Origin: Cycas panzhihuaensis
Lineage: Eukaryota > Plantae > Cycadophyta
DNA: 64,000 nucleotides
Assembly (NCBI GenBank): GCA_023213395.1
Contig: CM041465.1
Span: 75,895,741 to 75,959,740, forward strand
Direction: 5' to 3'
Below are positions 50,761-64,000 of the stretch, piece by piece. The first letter of the stretch is position 1, and every line of letters begins with the position of its first letter. A program made the position numbers and the translations under genes. The notes under the pieces were generated by a model that ran no database searches, had not been told where the DNA came from, and was given only the letters and a program-made list of their open reading frames with translations.

Positions 50761-53700
50761 ATCCTCGTTGTGGAGTATAGGGTTGCTTTATACTCATTAC
50801 AGAGTATTACTCCCAACTTAAAAGGATAAGGTTATGACCTATGATGCTCCAAAATATAAGAAACTAGAGAATTAACTTTGATGTTTAAATTATGTGAGAT
50901 ATGTTGGATAGTAATTGATGAAAAATAAGATACTAATGATAAATCCTTAGTGTGAAGGAAGTGTAATTAAGGGTAATAAACATGATAAGTGCTAACAAGT
51001 TGAAGGACTATAACTTAGGAATCATAAAAAGGATTAATAGGACCATTATGAAACTTTATGACATCTATTAGAGCTCCTATGACCATAATCTATTTGGCTT
51101 AATTATTGATTTCTTAGGATAGGAGTAGGCTAGCAAGGGTTAAGACATTGGCTAGTTGGTCATGAACTACCTATTCAGTGACAGATGGTCCTAGATTACC
51201 TCAACTACCCCCATTGGTATGTATGCTCAATGCCATGGTAAAAGAGGATTAAACTCAGAGATAAAATGATAGATATAGGGAGGTTGTAAAAATCAACCTA
51301 TGAGGAAGTGGCTCTAATATTAGGAACTTGGTTTTAACTATAAAATAAGAAAAATATAGGATCATGACCAAGTCTACTCATCATTAGTGTATCACCCTAA
51401 ACACACATAAAAGTAAAAGGCTATAAAGTGTTGAATAGGTTTTGATCACAATTGATATGAAGATGGGCCCAAGTAAATGGATCCAAAGATATTATACAAT
51501 GCACCCAAATTAACCCAAACTACACTAATATAGGTGGAGATGAAGTCATCACACAACTTGCTCTAGACAACAAGAGGGGATAAGGCATAAAGGGACTATT
51601 TTATTACTTGATTTTTCTTCTTATATTTCTTTTTCTTTTAGCTCTATTACTATTTAAATAACTCTATATAATGGTTTAGATGAGGGTCATGGTGAACTAG
51701 GCATTGTTAAACCCACTTTCTAGAGGATAATCATTTATTACTTTGACTATGATCATTATATAATTTTCATTGAGATACAATTAAGAGAGAAAATGAACAC
51801 ATTGAGTGAGCGATAATCGGCCTAATCATAAAACATCAAAACATATCAAACTATAGCAAGGGTGACCTTTTTAAGAAAACTAAGAAGATAAGGGCATGAA
51901 CCCAAATCATTGAAGGTTGAACCACATGAGTTGAAAGGATCTCTAAACCAAAGTGTCTCTAAGTGTGAGGGGACGATGATAGAATGAGCAACAAACTTTA
52001 GGAGATATAGTGAAAAGGCATAAAAAACTATAGAGAAAAGGTTGAGTAAATTGGTATGAAGATTATATAAATCTACCAAGCATACTTATAAGATCATGAG
52101 AGGTAAAAGTAAGTCAAAATCTAAAACTATGGTTGAAAGTATAAAAAAAAATAAGGTATCTTACATAATATAAAAAGTTGGCTATTCAAGATTATAATTG
52201 ATTGCTGAGTTGATAAATAGGGTTGCATACCCCCCCTTTTCTTTTTAAGTGAAAAACTCAAGAGGAAAGAGTAACAATGCTTTAATTAAGGTGAACCAAA
52301 TGAATGTGTGTACCTAACAACTAATGATTATGTTTAGTAGTGAGACAATAGACTTAGATAATTGCTAAGAATGATTAACATATAAGAAAGCATCAAACTT
52401 TATCTAAAAGTCAAAACAAGAAAGGAGGAGAGCTATATCCATATTGAAACAATACTTGAAAAGAGCAAAAAAGAAGGATCGACCATAGTTTTGGCTCATT
52501 AGATGGTATGGGTATCAGAGTTATAGTTTTATCCTTATTATAGAGGGATGTCCATCTCCTAGTATAAGGGAGACTACAATAGTTTAAGCTCTTTAGTAGA
52601 TGAATTTCTTAGATCTGTAGTTTATATTCATTATGGAATTAGGTTTCAATTTAGGCTCATGGTGGAGTAAAGGTTATCTGGATGAATTAGAACTCTATCT
52701 TAATAAGAAAAACCCTTAATAAGGGAAGATGCATCAAAGCTTATCATGCAAGTAAGAAACTAGTTATCAAAGTATAAAAGAAAGGATAATTAAGGTAAGC
52801 ACCTCAGAATAGTGTAAGGGATCATAATACAATGCAATGGCCTTATGCCATTATAATCTTGGGTGAAACCAAGAGTTAACTTATTGAAGGGATCCTTAGA
52901 ATAATTGTTCTCCTTAACAATAGAATTTAATAAAGGTCTTAGCTTACTAGTTAGCATTGAACCCATAAAAAAGGTTCTTCCCAATGACATCAAATTCCTT
53001 ACCTCAAAGGGAAATGGAATCAACTTAATGAGGATGAAACACTTAAGGCTATAAAGGATGTTGAGACTTTAGAAAGAAGGGTAAATTACCTACTTCAAAG
53101 TGGTCTTAACCTCACAAGCATATTTCACAAGATGTATATAAGTCAAGGGTGGGCTATATGAAATTAGATCATGATAACAATTGGTATGGATCAAAGGAGT
53201 GCCCTATGAAGGCTTCACAAGGGTTATGCAATCCCTAATAGGATCTATTACCAAAGAGACCTCTTCATAATGTAATCAAAGAAAATGTAGGATACTAAAG
53301 ATCAAGGGATTAGAGCTAAACTTACTAGTATTCAAGAGGAATCTCCCTAAATTGTTATCAGAAGGACTCCACTGAGGATCCTAAAAAAGTAGGTGGAGAA
53401 AAGACTCTATGTCTAACTAAAAGATATGGGGGTTTAAGCTATCTTATATGACCCCAACTTGCCTTAGTGGGCATGTGGTGGAAGGTAAGGCAATTACTCA
53501 TCAAATTATCTCTAATGCTTATTATGTAATAAGTGAACAAGTATGGATATACCCAAGTTAGTAGGTATGTTGAATTTGACCTAGATAAGGGAAAGACCCT
53601 ATGAATCAAGTCTAACCCCTAAGAAAACATGTGGAATAGATTTCTTAATAGTAAGAATGGATAAATCAATCTAATCATCTTGGGGTTGAATCTCTTCTTC

Positions 53701-54199
53701 TAATGGCTTACGTTTAGTACTTTTTTAAAGGCAACTCTCCTAATTTAAATGGATAAGGTCATCAAAGTAATATCCCTAAGGTGCCTATAAGTTAAGATTG
53801 GTAGAAAACATAGAAAAAAGTTATGGAACCTCATCAATGTAAGTATCAAGATCATCCTCAAGAGGAAGGTCATTGGGCTGACTCAAGGAATCGTAATAAA
53901 TTTCTATAGGTAGCTCTAAATCACGGATGGAAGAGATGTCAGTGAGAGGATTTAAGACCTTATCACTACCAAAGGAATAAGATCCCTAATATATAGGATG
54001 GGAATCTATTTTTGGGGTAGACCAATCTTAAAATGGCTCACAACTTAACTTATGGAGAGATACAAAAGAATATATAGTGCAATTAATAAGAAGCTACCTA
54101 TGAGGTTGGTCACAATTAATGATCCCACATCCTATTGTGATGTGAAGAGACTACTGGAAGAAATCAATTAGGCAACTACCCTTGTGTGACATGAACTAG

Positions 54200-54720
54200 T
54201 TTTTCATTATTTTTATAGAATCAGGCTCGAGTATATGATTATGCTAATCATTTTAGACTTAGCATTGAGAGGCTTTATTTAGTTAGAAACTAGTGAAAGC
54301 AAAGTTGTATGTTGATGGGTTCATTGTATAATAGATTCATAGATTTGGTAAAATAATTCTTTAAAATTTTGAGTTTGACATATCTCATCAAGATCTAAGA
54401 AGCACTCCTAAAAATCTATTTTAAATTCATCATACTTTCACTTGATTATAAAAAGGGCATTTTCTTCCACTGAAAAAGGGTAAGCGATATCAAAGTCACT
54501 TATAAAGGCATCTATCAATTACTAGAATGTGAAGATTAAATTCTAGGGTAATTAGTAAAACCACTTGAGTGCACTATCTCACAATGTTCTTGGGAAAGGT
54601 CTTATCATCAAAAGGTCATTGGGCATATAATAAATGCACACCAAAGCAAATGCTTCAACATGACTTGAAGGATCTTGCCCAGGTATCCCATTAAACATAG
54701 GTAACTTAAGAATGAAAGGG
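54200..54720 (-). pseudogene. gag: Gag capsid domain of element B
   Basis: LKLPMFNGIPGQDPSSHVEAFALVC...FPRTL*DSALKWFY. Confidence 0.8.
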
Positions 54721-55542
54721 GAAGGATATAAAGAAAAACCTCACACAAGAAAGGGCTCTTATTATAGACAACATGTGACTTTCTCTCTTAAAGTAATGTG
54801 GTTATATGAAAAGGGGATTATTGTGAAATAAAGGTTGAATGAGTCTGATAAGATTGAACATAACTACTATGGCTTGTTCTTGACCGAGATGCATAAGCAT
54901 GAGGTACTCGACTAATAAGTTCTTGCACCAAGATATGACCTTAGGTATAAGTAGAAGCAACCCAATGTAAATTTTGTCAATAAGAATATGTAAGAGGGCC
55001 TTGAATATAAGACATGAGTGCTCCATGATCATGATGAGGAAAGAATCTATGGTGATCCATGGAACAATATATGAGATCCACTTTGGATCTAACTAAGCAA
55101 GAATATGTTATAAAAGTTCTTAAGCAGATGTAAAAGATGTAGGTCTACAATGTACAACTAGGAAGCTTTGGGAACTCCCCAATATGGTCACCAAAAAATG
55201 GTATCATAGCTTAGGTCTAACTACTTAGAGTAAGTCTATGAGAAATAAACTTGAGGTAATAAGTCTCAAGAAGTAACCCTTTGAACCAACCTCTAAAGAG
55301 AGGTCTTATCTACTTGTGGAATTGATAAAAAGGTGAAAGAATTAAACTAGTTTAAATTTTGAAATTATTTTCATGTGCATGAAAGAAATAAATCTAGATT
55401 TAATCAACTTAAACTAACTAAATAATAATAAACCAATCCTACTTGTAAATCTAGTGTGCATTCTTAGTTTGAATGAATCTAATAAAGAGTGTACATGTAA
55501 TCAACCAAAACATAGGATATGTGAATGTAATTCCTTCCCTTC

Positions 55543-58111
55543 TGTTTCCCGGCTTCCAGGAATGGATACGGAATTACCGACTCAGGTAAGTGCAGGTATG
55601 TCTCTTGCATTATCATCGCTTTCTTTTACTGGATGTTTGCTTGCGTATCTGCATGTGTATGACTTTGTGGGCGGCCTTGTAGTCGTCCACACTTATTTTA
55701 GCCTATGACGACTATAGCAGGGGCACACTCCCAGCGAGTGTGGCACCCTGGTGACCGTATTGCTTCCCGCATCTGCCCTCCTCACTCCAGGATCCACTAG
55801 GTTTGCGCCACCTCCGCCCGTGTGATGACTCATCATCGTTTGGTCAACTTGCCACCCCACTCGAGCCCTATTTTTGCTCCTTTGGACCCGTTTTGTTGGC
55901 TTGTTTGCTCCGAGGTGGGTGTTTTAGCGTTATGTCCACCTTTTTTGCCCCGCCCTTAACTGGGTGGTTGGTGGGCCCCATTTTCAGCCCTAGGCGCGTA
56001 CTGCCAGATTTTTCACGGTACCACCAGAATATTCGTGATCGCGAATATTCCGGTGATCGTATCTCGGATTATTTTTTAAAATCCACCGTGGTAATTTCGC
56101 ATTTATTGCAAAACTGCCATGTGGCTCATGCTTTATTTCTCTTCCAGCTGCGCCCTAATCGCACGGTTTAGGGTTTTGCTTGAGTACTTAAGCCCTTTTT
56201 GGCTCATTTTCAAGGATCTTTTGGCTCACTTTTGAAGTTGCTCTCAAGAAAAACACTCTCCTACTCTGCTCTTCTCTGCTGTTTGCTGCACCAACTAGAC
56301 CTGCACCTCTTCATACAGCACCCAGCTCTCCTTTGGCTTGGCTGAGACATTCTCTCAGCCCCTCAAACACCTTGGAGAGGGCTCCTTTGAAGCGGTTTCC
56401 AGCTGGTTTCTACCTGGCGATCTCTGAGTTCCCGTTTGCAGGTGTTTCCCGTCACACCCTGTAGCAGGGCCTCAAGCCTGCTCCACTACAGATCTGGGCT
56501 ATTTTTTCCAACCCTTCTTCGCTGTCCTTTAGCTGAGGTAAATCCCTTGCCTCTCCTTCCCAGGTACTCTTCATTTTGCATTTGTTTTTTGTGATATTTG
56601 TGCTTCAGTTCGTTTGTTCCTACTTGTTCCGTGAGAGTTGGTTTTCCTCCCTTTGGAGGACTGTTATACCACTCTCCCTGTGCTTCTTGCCTGCGTTTGC
56701 TGTCCAAGGCAGTGGCATTGAGGGGTTGCATAGGTTTTGGAGAGGAGCTGGGTGGATTCCGTACCACCTTCCACGCTCCCTAGGTGGCTCTTAGCCCCCC
56801 AAAACCTCCCTCTCGCCTCGTGCTCCTCTTGGCTTGTAAACAAGGGTTTGAAGGCTCCCTTTGGTCGCCCAAACCAGCGCTGTCACAAGTTGCAGTGCTG
56901 ATTTGGGACCCTTTGTTCAGGTTTGGGTGCCATCCATAGGCCCCAACTACGGGTTCTTGCTTCACCCTTGCTCCACGGTCACTCGGTTTGCTCCCTGTAG
57001 CATCCGGTCCCCGTGGGTATCTTTGGGTCTCTCTTGCCCCTTTTTTTCCAACCATTTTTCAGCCTTGGTTCTTGACTTTCTCCTCGGCCTTGTGGCTCAC
57101 AGGGGAGGTTGGGGCACCGTTGCGGAAGTAGGCCACTCCGAGGCTTGCCTTGTTATTTCCTTTCATTTGGATCACCTTCCTTTGGTATTTTCCTTATTGG
57201 ACTAACACTAACGCATGTATATTTAGACTCTTGCTTATGTTGCTAGACATATATTGTTAGATCTTTACGTTGCATGTTAGTGCTCTTCCTTCGGGAAGAG
57301 GGAGACCCTTGTTGCTTGCAGGTACTCGAGACGCGCGGAGAACGTTGCCCGTTGGCCTCTCTACTAGTAAGTGCTCGTTGCATGTATCATGTTTTATGCT
57401 ATCTCATTTACTAGTTAGCGTTCCTTTCCTTCCTTTGGTATTGCATTTACTTTTCCGGGGAGGGTAAGGAACCCCCTTTTGCCCATGCCACATCCCGCAT
57501 CCGATGCGTCAGCGGAGTGGTTGGGTGCTCCTCGTGGAGGCTACGTCATCTCGCACGCCTTCAGCCCAAGTGCACGCTTCTTTCCTCTTCGCTACCCTTG
57601 TTCTTCCTTTTATTCTTTTCTTAGTAATTAGAACATTGAAAGATTAAAAGGGGAAATTACTTTTGTATTTGTTTGCTTTGTTGCATGCACCCCCTATTAT
57701 CCGTAGGAAAGATTGTAAGAGTTTTCTTTGTCCTTACCTTTCCTTCCTTTTCCTTAACCGCACGAGCGCCTTGCTTCCCGCATCGCTCGTGCATCCGGTC
57801 AGGTTGTGTAGGATTACTCTTGGCCTGTCTCTAGTAGGCCTTCTCTTCCCCCCTTCTGGCCACCCAAGGGTGGGAGGGTCCTATTCCCAGGTCAACTCAG
57901 GTTCATCCTACGTACCTTCGCCCCTTGATCGAGGTGGGGAAGGGTCGCCCAATAGTAGCCATACTCCATTGCAGATCCCGAACTCGCGCTCCGGCGCACG
58001 GGGCGCTCTGCGTGGTAGTTGCCTGCCTTTTAGGTTCCACTTTCTATCATTTCATCACTTATTCCCCCCACGCCTATCAGTTAGGTAGTTATCCCATAGC
58101 GGTAGCGTCCA
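55543..58111 (+). repeat. 5' LTR of C (~2.6 kb)
   Basis: Starts with TG and ends ...GTCCA before the PBS; its start is homologous to the L LTR start. Confidence 0.72.
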
Positions 58112-58281
58112 CGCGACCATCTTGGGGCGCCGATGAGGAGCTAGTCTCGCTCTCTTCGGTTGGTTTCGCTACTGTTGTGTGATCCTTTTCATACTTATCT
58201 TGATTTCCACGTTGGGCACCCCCCCCAACGCGTGTGTTTTACCGCTTTTTCTCTTTTCCTAACATTGTCGGTTGACCTTGC

Positions 58282-61200
58282 ATGCGGCGTTTCTCTCGTC
58301 GTTTGCGCGGTCTATCTCCTTTATTAGAGGACCCCGAGTATCGCCTTCTTGCCTTGTCGGATTCTGATCCGACTATGGAGGGATACTCTTACGATTGGAC
58401 CTACTATACTTCAGCCATGGAAACCCATGCCCTTCCTCTTGTTATTCCCGGGTCCACCCAAGAGGGTGACGACCCCCTTTATTATCCAAATGACCAACAC
58501 CTTTCTTTCGATGCTCGTCCTTCTACCCACACCGTGGAAGGACCCGTTCCTCCTGAGGGTTGCCACGTAGTTGGCAATTCTCATGAGGAACGTTCCGAGG
58601 ATCCTACCTTGTTTGAGGTTCCGATCACCTCTTACGAGTGTGTTGGGACTCCTCCTGTCGACGTGGTTGAAGCTTTCAATGAGTGTTGCCACGCAACACG
58701 CTTGCAACCACGTCCTAGGTGGTTTGAGGATGTTCTTTGTGGAGGGGCCTCTTCCTCTTGGCTCCCCACCTCATGCTTCATCCTCATCCACCCTTCCTAT
58801 GACCACAAATCCTTTCATGCCTACACGTACGTCCCACTCATTCCCTGCAGCGGGGGCGTGCGTGACACCTTCTGTCTCTTATCGAGGTCCTGATGCCTTA
58901 GGATCTTCTCGTGGTGTGTCTTTCCCTCAATTGAGGGTTAGCATACCCGCTCCTAATCAAACCAATGTGTCATCTCCTAATGTGGCGCATACCATCCCTA
59001 GTAGGCCTATTGGCCCTACTAGCTTTCCAACCACTAGTCATGTGGGATCCGCTCCCACGCATCCTCTAGCCCAGTACGTTGGTGCTTCCTTCTACGTTCC
59101 CCTAGGATATACCTCTCAACCTTGGGGGCAGGGTAGAGGAAGCTGTCTTCCCGTTTATGGGGTGGATCCGCTACACCCATATGGAGTTGCTCCACCTACG
59201 GGTGGCCCATATGGGTAAAACCCGGTTCCACATCCGTCTTGCCCTTCTTCGAGTGCAATCCCATCCGTTGTGCTTTCACAAGGGAACCCGACTCCCTTCC
59301 AAGGCGCTTACCCCCATGCCTCTTTTCAGCAAGGGGCACTTCCTCAAGGAGGGATGGGTGTTCCACCCCCACCCGCTCCTTGTGCGTTACCTACTTCGAC
59401 ATTCGTTGATCCTACGGTTCGAGCAAGGCGTGCCTTCATGGACTTTAGGTCAACCCCTCTTCGGTTGAGGCATTGCGAACCAACTTGCGCCTCATCCCCC
59501 ACGAAGTTCCTAGATTCGATGGGACTTCGTCGCGAAGACCCGTGAGCATGTCCGTAGTAGTTTTATATGGCATGAATCGATTACTGGGCTTACGACCATA
59601 TTTTGATGAAACTATTCCCTAGATCCTTGCAGGGTGACGCCCTCAAATGGTTCTCTAGTCTCCTGCCCATTCAATCCATTCATTCCAAAGAATTGGTGGA
59701 TGAGTTCATCAACTATTTTGTTGTCGTTCGTCCATTCGAGGCGGAATGAAGTCTCTTCTCTCTCAAACAAGGTCACGATGAGATGAATCGTGACTTTGTG
59801 CGGCGATTCCACGACTTGCTTCACTCCACTAAGGCAACATTGCCCAAGGAGTTGAAGCGAGACCTGTTCGTCAATGCGCTTCGTCCCGAAGTCCACGTGG
59901 AAGTCCTCAAGATGGGGGCGACCACATGTGATTCTGCGATCACCAAGTGCTTGGCGTTGGAGGCTATTGAGATCCAAGCGGGTCTCAAGAAACCTCTTAA
60001 GCCCTCACAGCGCCGTGAGGCACCACCCCCTACCAAAGATACCAAACCTTCCCTGCTAACGCGGTCTTCCTCTCATCCTACCGAGAGAACTTTAGACCCT
60101 CTTACATCAGCTATACGCTCATTTGAGCGTACGATGAAGGAGATCAAGCTTCAAGATCCTTCATCCCCTACGTCAAACAAGCAAGTCCAACAAACTACCC
60201 AAGCTCCTCTTCCCAGGAATGGAACGCCCGATCCTCTCAGCGAGGAGGTCGACCCCGCTTGAGAAGAAGTGGTGCTCCATTCATGGGGATTGCTTCCACG
60301 ACGATTCACGTTGTAGGGCCCAGCATCCAAAAGATGCCCCTCGGCGATTCTTCTCCCAAAGCAGGCCTCGAGGCCTAATTTGGATCAACCAGTTCATAAG
60401 GATCCGTTCCCTAAGCACGGGGAATGTGATCGCAAAACCCAAACCAAGAACAACCGTAGCAGGAAGATCATGGGATCTCCGCCCTTCCCATAATAAGGGG
60501 AAGGACGCTAGGAATTCCTCTTCCTCTTCTCGTTCTCCTAGCCGTCGCACCCCGTCGCCTTCACGACCCCGTAACAGGGGAAGAAGGTGATCCAGTTGCT
60601 TGAAGCAACTCCCACTTTTGCCCTTACGCGATCTCAAGCCGCTAAGGAAGCAGCGGGAGCCTTTGTCCTCCGCTCCTTCCGACCTCTTGGAGACCCTTCC
60701 TCCGGGAAGTCCCTCTTTCCCAAGGCTATTCACATGCTGGGTGGGTTACAACTTCCGAAGGGCACTTACCACCCAACCTACTGGGAAGGGAAAGCCTTTC
60801 TCGGTCGTGGACGAGCTCCATACGGTCGCTGCAGGAATGTCCTTGATGGACGTTCTGAGGAGTTGTCCCAAGCAACGAGCCCTCCTCCTGGAAGCTTCAG
60901 GATCAAGTGACGTACCTGTCCACGCTTTGGGTGTCGCCCAAGGTGGTAGACCCGTTATTTCCTTTGATCCTAAGGATCTTCCCCTAGGTGAAAGGAACGT
61001 CGGTGGAACTTCCCATTCACCATCACCATCGATACGCTGATTGTACTCTTGAAGAACTGTTGTCGACAACAACGGTTCTTAGTTAATCTCATGCCCTTGC
61101 GTGTCATGCAAGAACTTGGTATTTACGCCTTGGAACTCGTTCCTGGCGATGCCAAGGGTATGTGATGGCGAGAAGACCCCTCTGGGATCTGTCGCGATTC

Positions 61201-64000
61201 TGCTTACCCTTGAGGGTAAGACCGTTCTCGCCAACGTTGTAGTCCTTGACGTTGATGTGGACTACAACCTCCTTCTTGGTCATCCATGGCTCGATCAAAT
61301 GGGAGCCGTGTGCTCGACCCTTTGGGGACAACTTAAATTCGTCCATGATGGACGAATGAGAGTGATCCCCCGTGAACGCCCTTTTACTAAACAAACTCGC
61401 TCTACCAGTTCAGCAAACCAAGGTTCATCCACTCATGCCTCGGCTTGCTCTATTGGGATACCTAACCCGTCCGAAGAAGACCACGCATCTTCTCCTCCTA
61501 GTCTCACGCGGTTCGCCCCTATTGGCGTTGGGAGTTACGGGTACCTCGCTTCGTTCAGCGATGATGAGTCGCTCGACGAAGACGAGGATTGTCCTCACCC
61601 CATCTCTTTCCTTCGCGCCAATAAGTCGCACCTGCCTTGTTCTAGATCCCCGTCTAGAACCTCTCTCGTTGGTGAGGCTAGCCCTTCGTGCGTGTCACAC
61701 GTCATCGCTCGTGTTGACACTTTGTCGAGATTTATCCTCTTTCATTACTCCCCGTAGGTAATGGTTTTAAGGAATTGCCTTTCACTCCTTCTGAGGGTCA
61801 CCTTTCTATTTTCCTTGATTTACGTGAGGAAGCCGAGCAACTTGGATGGTCATCACGGTCCGTTGCTCTCGCTCCTCGGCGCTCCTCCTACTCGAGTAAG
61901 GTCATCCATGGGGTGGATTATTTTGAGGACGATGAAGCCACTCGAGCATCTAGCGGGCCTTGCGCTTAACACGCCTTGGTCACCAAGCAGTAACGAGAAG
62001 ATCCTCGTGGTCGGATCCACGCTTGGCGATCCGATCCGTCTCCTATTCCTCCTCCTCACTGATCTTGCCCTCTCCACTTCGAGGAGGCAGCGCCATGTGC
62101 ATGGGGGCAACCCAAGGCCAGGTCTTGGCCCGCAAGGTCATTAAGGTTGGGTTGGAATGCTCTCGATGAGGTAAGGGAATACTCCCTTCTGTTCTAGGAG
62201 TTTCGAGACATTTTCGTGTGGGATTATGCTGACATGAAGGGGATTGACCCCTTGATTGTCACTCATAACCTCACCACCCTTCCCTGCACCATACATGCCC
62301 CGAGGCGCCCTTCACCGAAGCTTTTACTGTCAAGATGGAGGTAGAAAAGATTTTGGACGCTGGACTCATTACCTCTATTGATTACCCCAAGTGGGTCTCC
62401 AACATTGTTCCTGTTGCTAAAAAGAATAGGGTAATCCGTATATGTGTCGACTTTCGCGACATCAACAAACGCTTGTCCCAAGGACAATTTCCCGTTACCC
62501 TTCTTAGATCAGATCATTGATCGCACCACCAGATTCGAAGTGATGTCCCTAATGGACGGCTTCTCCGGTTACAACCAAATTCAGATTTCTCACAGACCGC
62601 CATAAGACGGCCTTCACTACTCCTTGGGGTACCTTCGCCTACAAGGCGATGCCCTTTAGCCTTAAAAATGCAGGTGCTACTTACCAAAGAGCCATGCATT
62701 TCATTTTCCACGACCTCATCAGCGACACGTTGGAGGTCTTTATGGATGATATGATGGGTCTTTCCGTGTGAGAGCCCATCATCCTTTTGACTTCGTGCCA
62801 TCTTCTCACGATCTTGCGAGTATCACGTCGACCTTAATCGCTTAAATATGTGTTTGCGTTACCTCGGGCAAACTCCTTGAATTCCTCGTATCAAGCGGGG
62901 AATTGGATCGACCACGACAAAGTCGGTGATCCTCGACATCGCCTCTTAGAACTCAATGGCGGATTAAGTCGTTTCTAGGTAGGCTCGGTTTCCTCAGCGC
63001 TTCTTAGGCGACTTGTTGTGCGCTAAACCCCTCACAAACTGTTGAAGAAGGGGCTCCTTTTGCTTGGTCCGACAAGACCCAAAAGGCCTTGAAGGACTCA
63101 AGGAAGCCTTGGCTTGGCTCCTACGTTGGTGCCTCCCAGGTTCGATGGGCCCTTCATCTGTATACCTCGTTGGTGGCAGATCCTTGGGCGCTATGCTCGC
63201 TCACGAGGACAACTCGAGGGAGAGGCTATATATTTCATCGATCGCACTCTAGGTGGGCTGCGAGCTTAACTATTCCCTAGCAGGAAGGAATGCCTCTCCT
63301 TGGTCCATGCCACCAAGAAGTTTAGGCACTACTTGCTTGGCAATACTACCAAGGTGATCGTTCAATCTGATCCCTTGAGATACTTACTTACTCGTTCGGA
63401 TTTGACGGGTAGGGCCGGTCGTTGGGCCGTCCTACTCCAAGAATTTGATCTCTTTATCGTTAACTGGAAATCAAAGAAGGGCATGATAGTGGCCGAGCAA
63501 CTTGCGGACGCCCCTATCCCTAACTCCTTTGATACTCCCATTGACGACTCTCTCCCCGATGAGTCCATCTTGATGATTCAGGGAGCTCCTCCCCATCCGC
63601 TCATCGACAATGAGTGGTACGGTGACATAGTGCGGTATCTCACGCAGCTGCAATACCGCCCCAACGCTAGTAACAAAGTCAAATCTCGTATCCGGACTTC
63701 TGCCAGGCAATACCTCCTCATGGACGAGGTGTTGTATAAGAGGTCCTTCGACGGGGTCCTCCTCCGCTGCGTCACTGCTGACGAAGCCGACCAAGTGATT
63801 CGCGAATGCCATCACGGCATTTGTGGAGGTCACTTTGGGGGCCAGTCTATGGCTCAGAGGATCCTTCGCATGGGCTATTTTTGGCCGTCTCTTTTTAGAG
63901 ATGCTCATGAGTTTGCTCAGAAATGTCGGCGATGTCAAGAGCACGCCAACATTTCCCATGTGCCTTCAGGGCCTTGCATCCTATTGTTTCAGTGGCCTTT
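58282..64000 (+). pseudogene. gag-pol: gag-pol of C, broken by many 1-bp indels
   Basis: LQGDALKWF; WCSIHGDCFHDDSRC; VVDN(N)GS, DYNLLLGHPWL; WVSNIVPVAKK, ICVDFRDINK, MDGFSGYNQI, FMDDM; KKFRHYLL; HHGICGGH...CRRCQ. Confidence 0.92.

Larger units (their letters stand above)
47462..55542 (-). mobile_element. Tat-like element 'B' with no recognisable RT/RH/INT; inserted just upstream of the gag of A; its 5' LTR is interrupted by C
   Basis: 47462-47806 is homologous to 55199-55542 (LTR ends). PBS TGGTGACCATATTGGGG at 55177-55193 occurs only beside the right copy. Gag at ~54200-54720. Candidate PPT at 52230-52246. The extent of the 3' LTR is unresolved. Confidence 0.68.
55543..64000 (+). mobile_element. 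Young, CpG-rich Tat/Ogre-like Ty3/gypsy element 'C' (runs off the right edge inside the integrase)
   Basis: Sharp junction where B-LTR homology stops (CCTTC|TGTTTCCCGG); LTR to ~58111; PBS-like GCGACCATCTTGGGG; gag-PR-RT-RH-INT. Confidence 0.92.

Noticed and set aside
55199-55210. TGGTATCATAGC as a plus-strand tRNA-Met PBS
   Set aside because: It is better explained as the minus-strand LTR end (...TGATACCA). A true PBS and gag follow on the minus strand, and the homologous copy reads TGGTGTCATAAC at 47462
56166-56177. TTTAGGG telomere-like words
   Set aside because: Isolated single copies inside LTR/UTR sequence, not an array
63471-63959. Long antisense ORFs in element C and in the LINE
   Set aside because: Shadows of the sense coding frames

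Overview
This window is eukaryotic, land-plant repetitive DNA. The protein motifs and strong CG/CHG depletion most resemble a large gymnosperm-type genome, but that is inference only. I found no host gene, RNA gene or CRISPR array; it is a stack of nested retroelements. (1) A minus-strand Tat/Ogre-like Ty3/gypsy element, L (<1-24064). Its 5' LTR is split by (2) a 16.9-kb plus-strand non-chromovirus Ty3/gypsy element, G (4988-21902, TSD gcatc/acatc). The gag of G is in turn split by (3) a full-length L1 LINE with RNase H (6975-13263). The 24-41 kb interval holds old AT-rich debris: a CRM-like RT/RH fragment, a 3.5-kb LTR element with a perfect TSD (28357-31829), and a Copia-like element D (34219-40859) containing a tandem LTR-internal-LTR-internal unit. 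The 41-64 kb interval holds three more nested Tat-like elements: A, B inserted in A, and the young CpG-rich C inserted in the LTR of B. The most unusual architecture is in element G. It has two extra tandem Gag-capsid-like modules inside pol between protease and RT, four zinc knuckles, a tRNA-Glu-like PBS, no canonical PPT, and a 3' extra ORF. The Tat-like elements A and C have a degenerate native RNase H and no archaeal-type RNase H visible where I can inspect.
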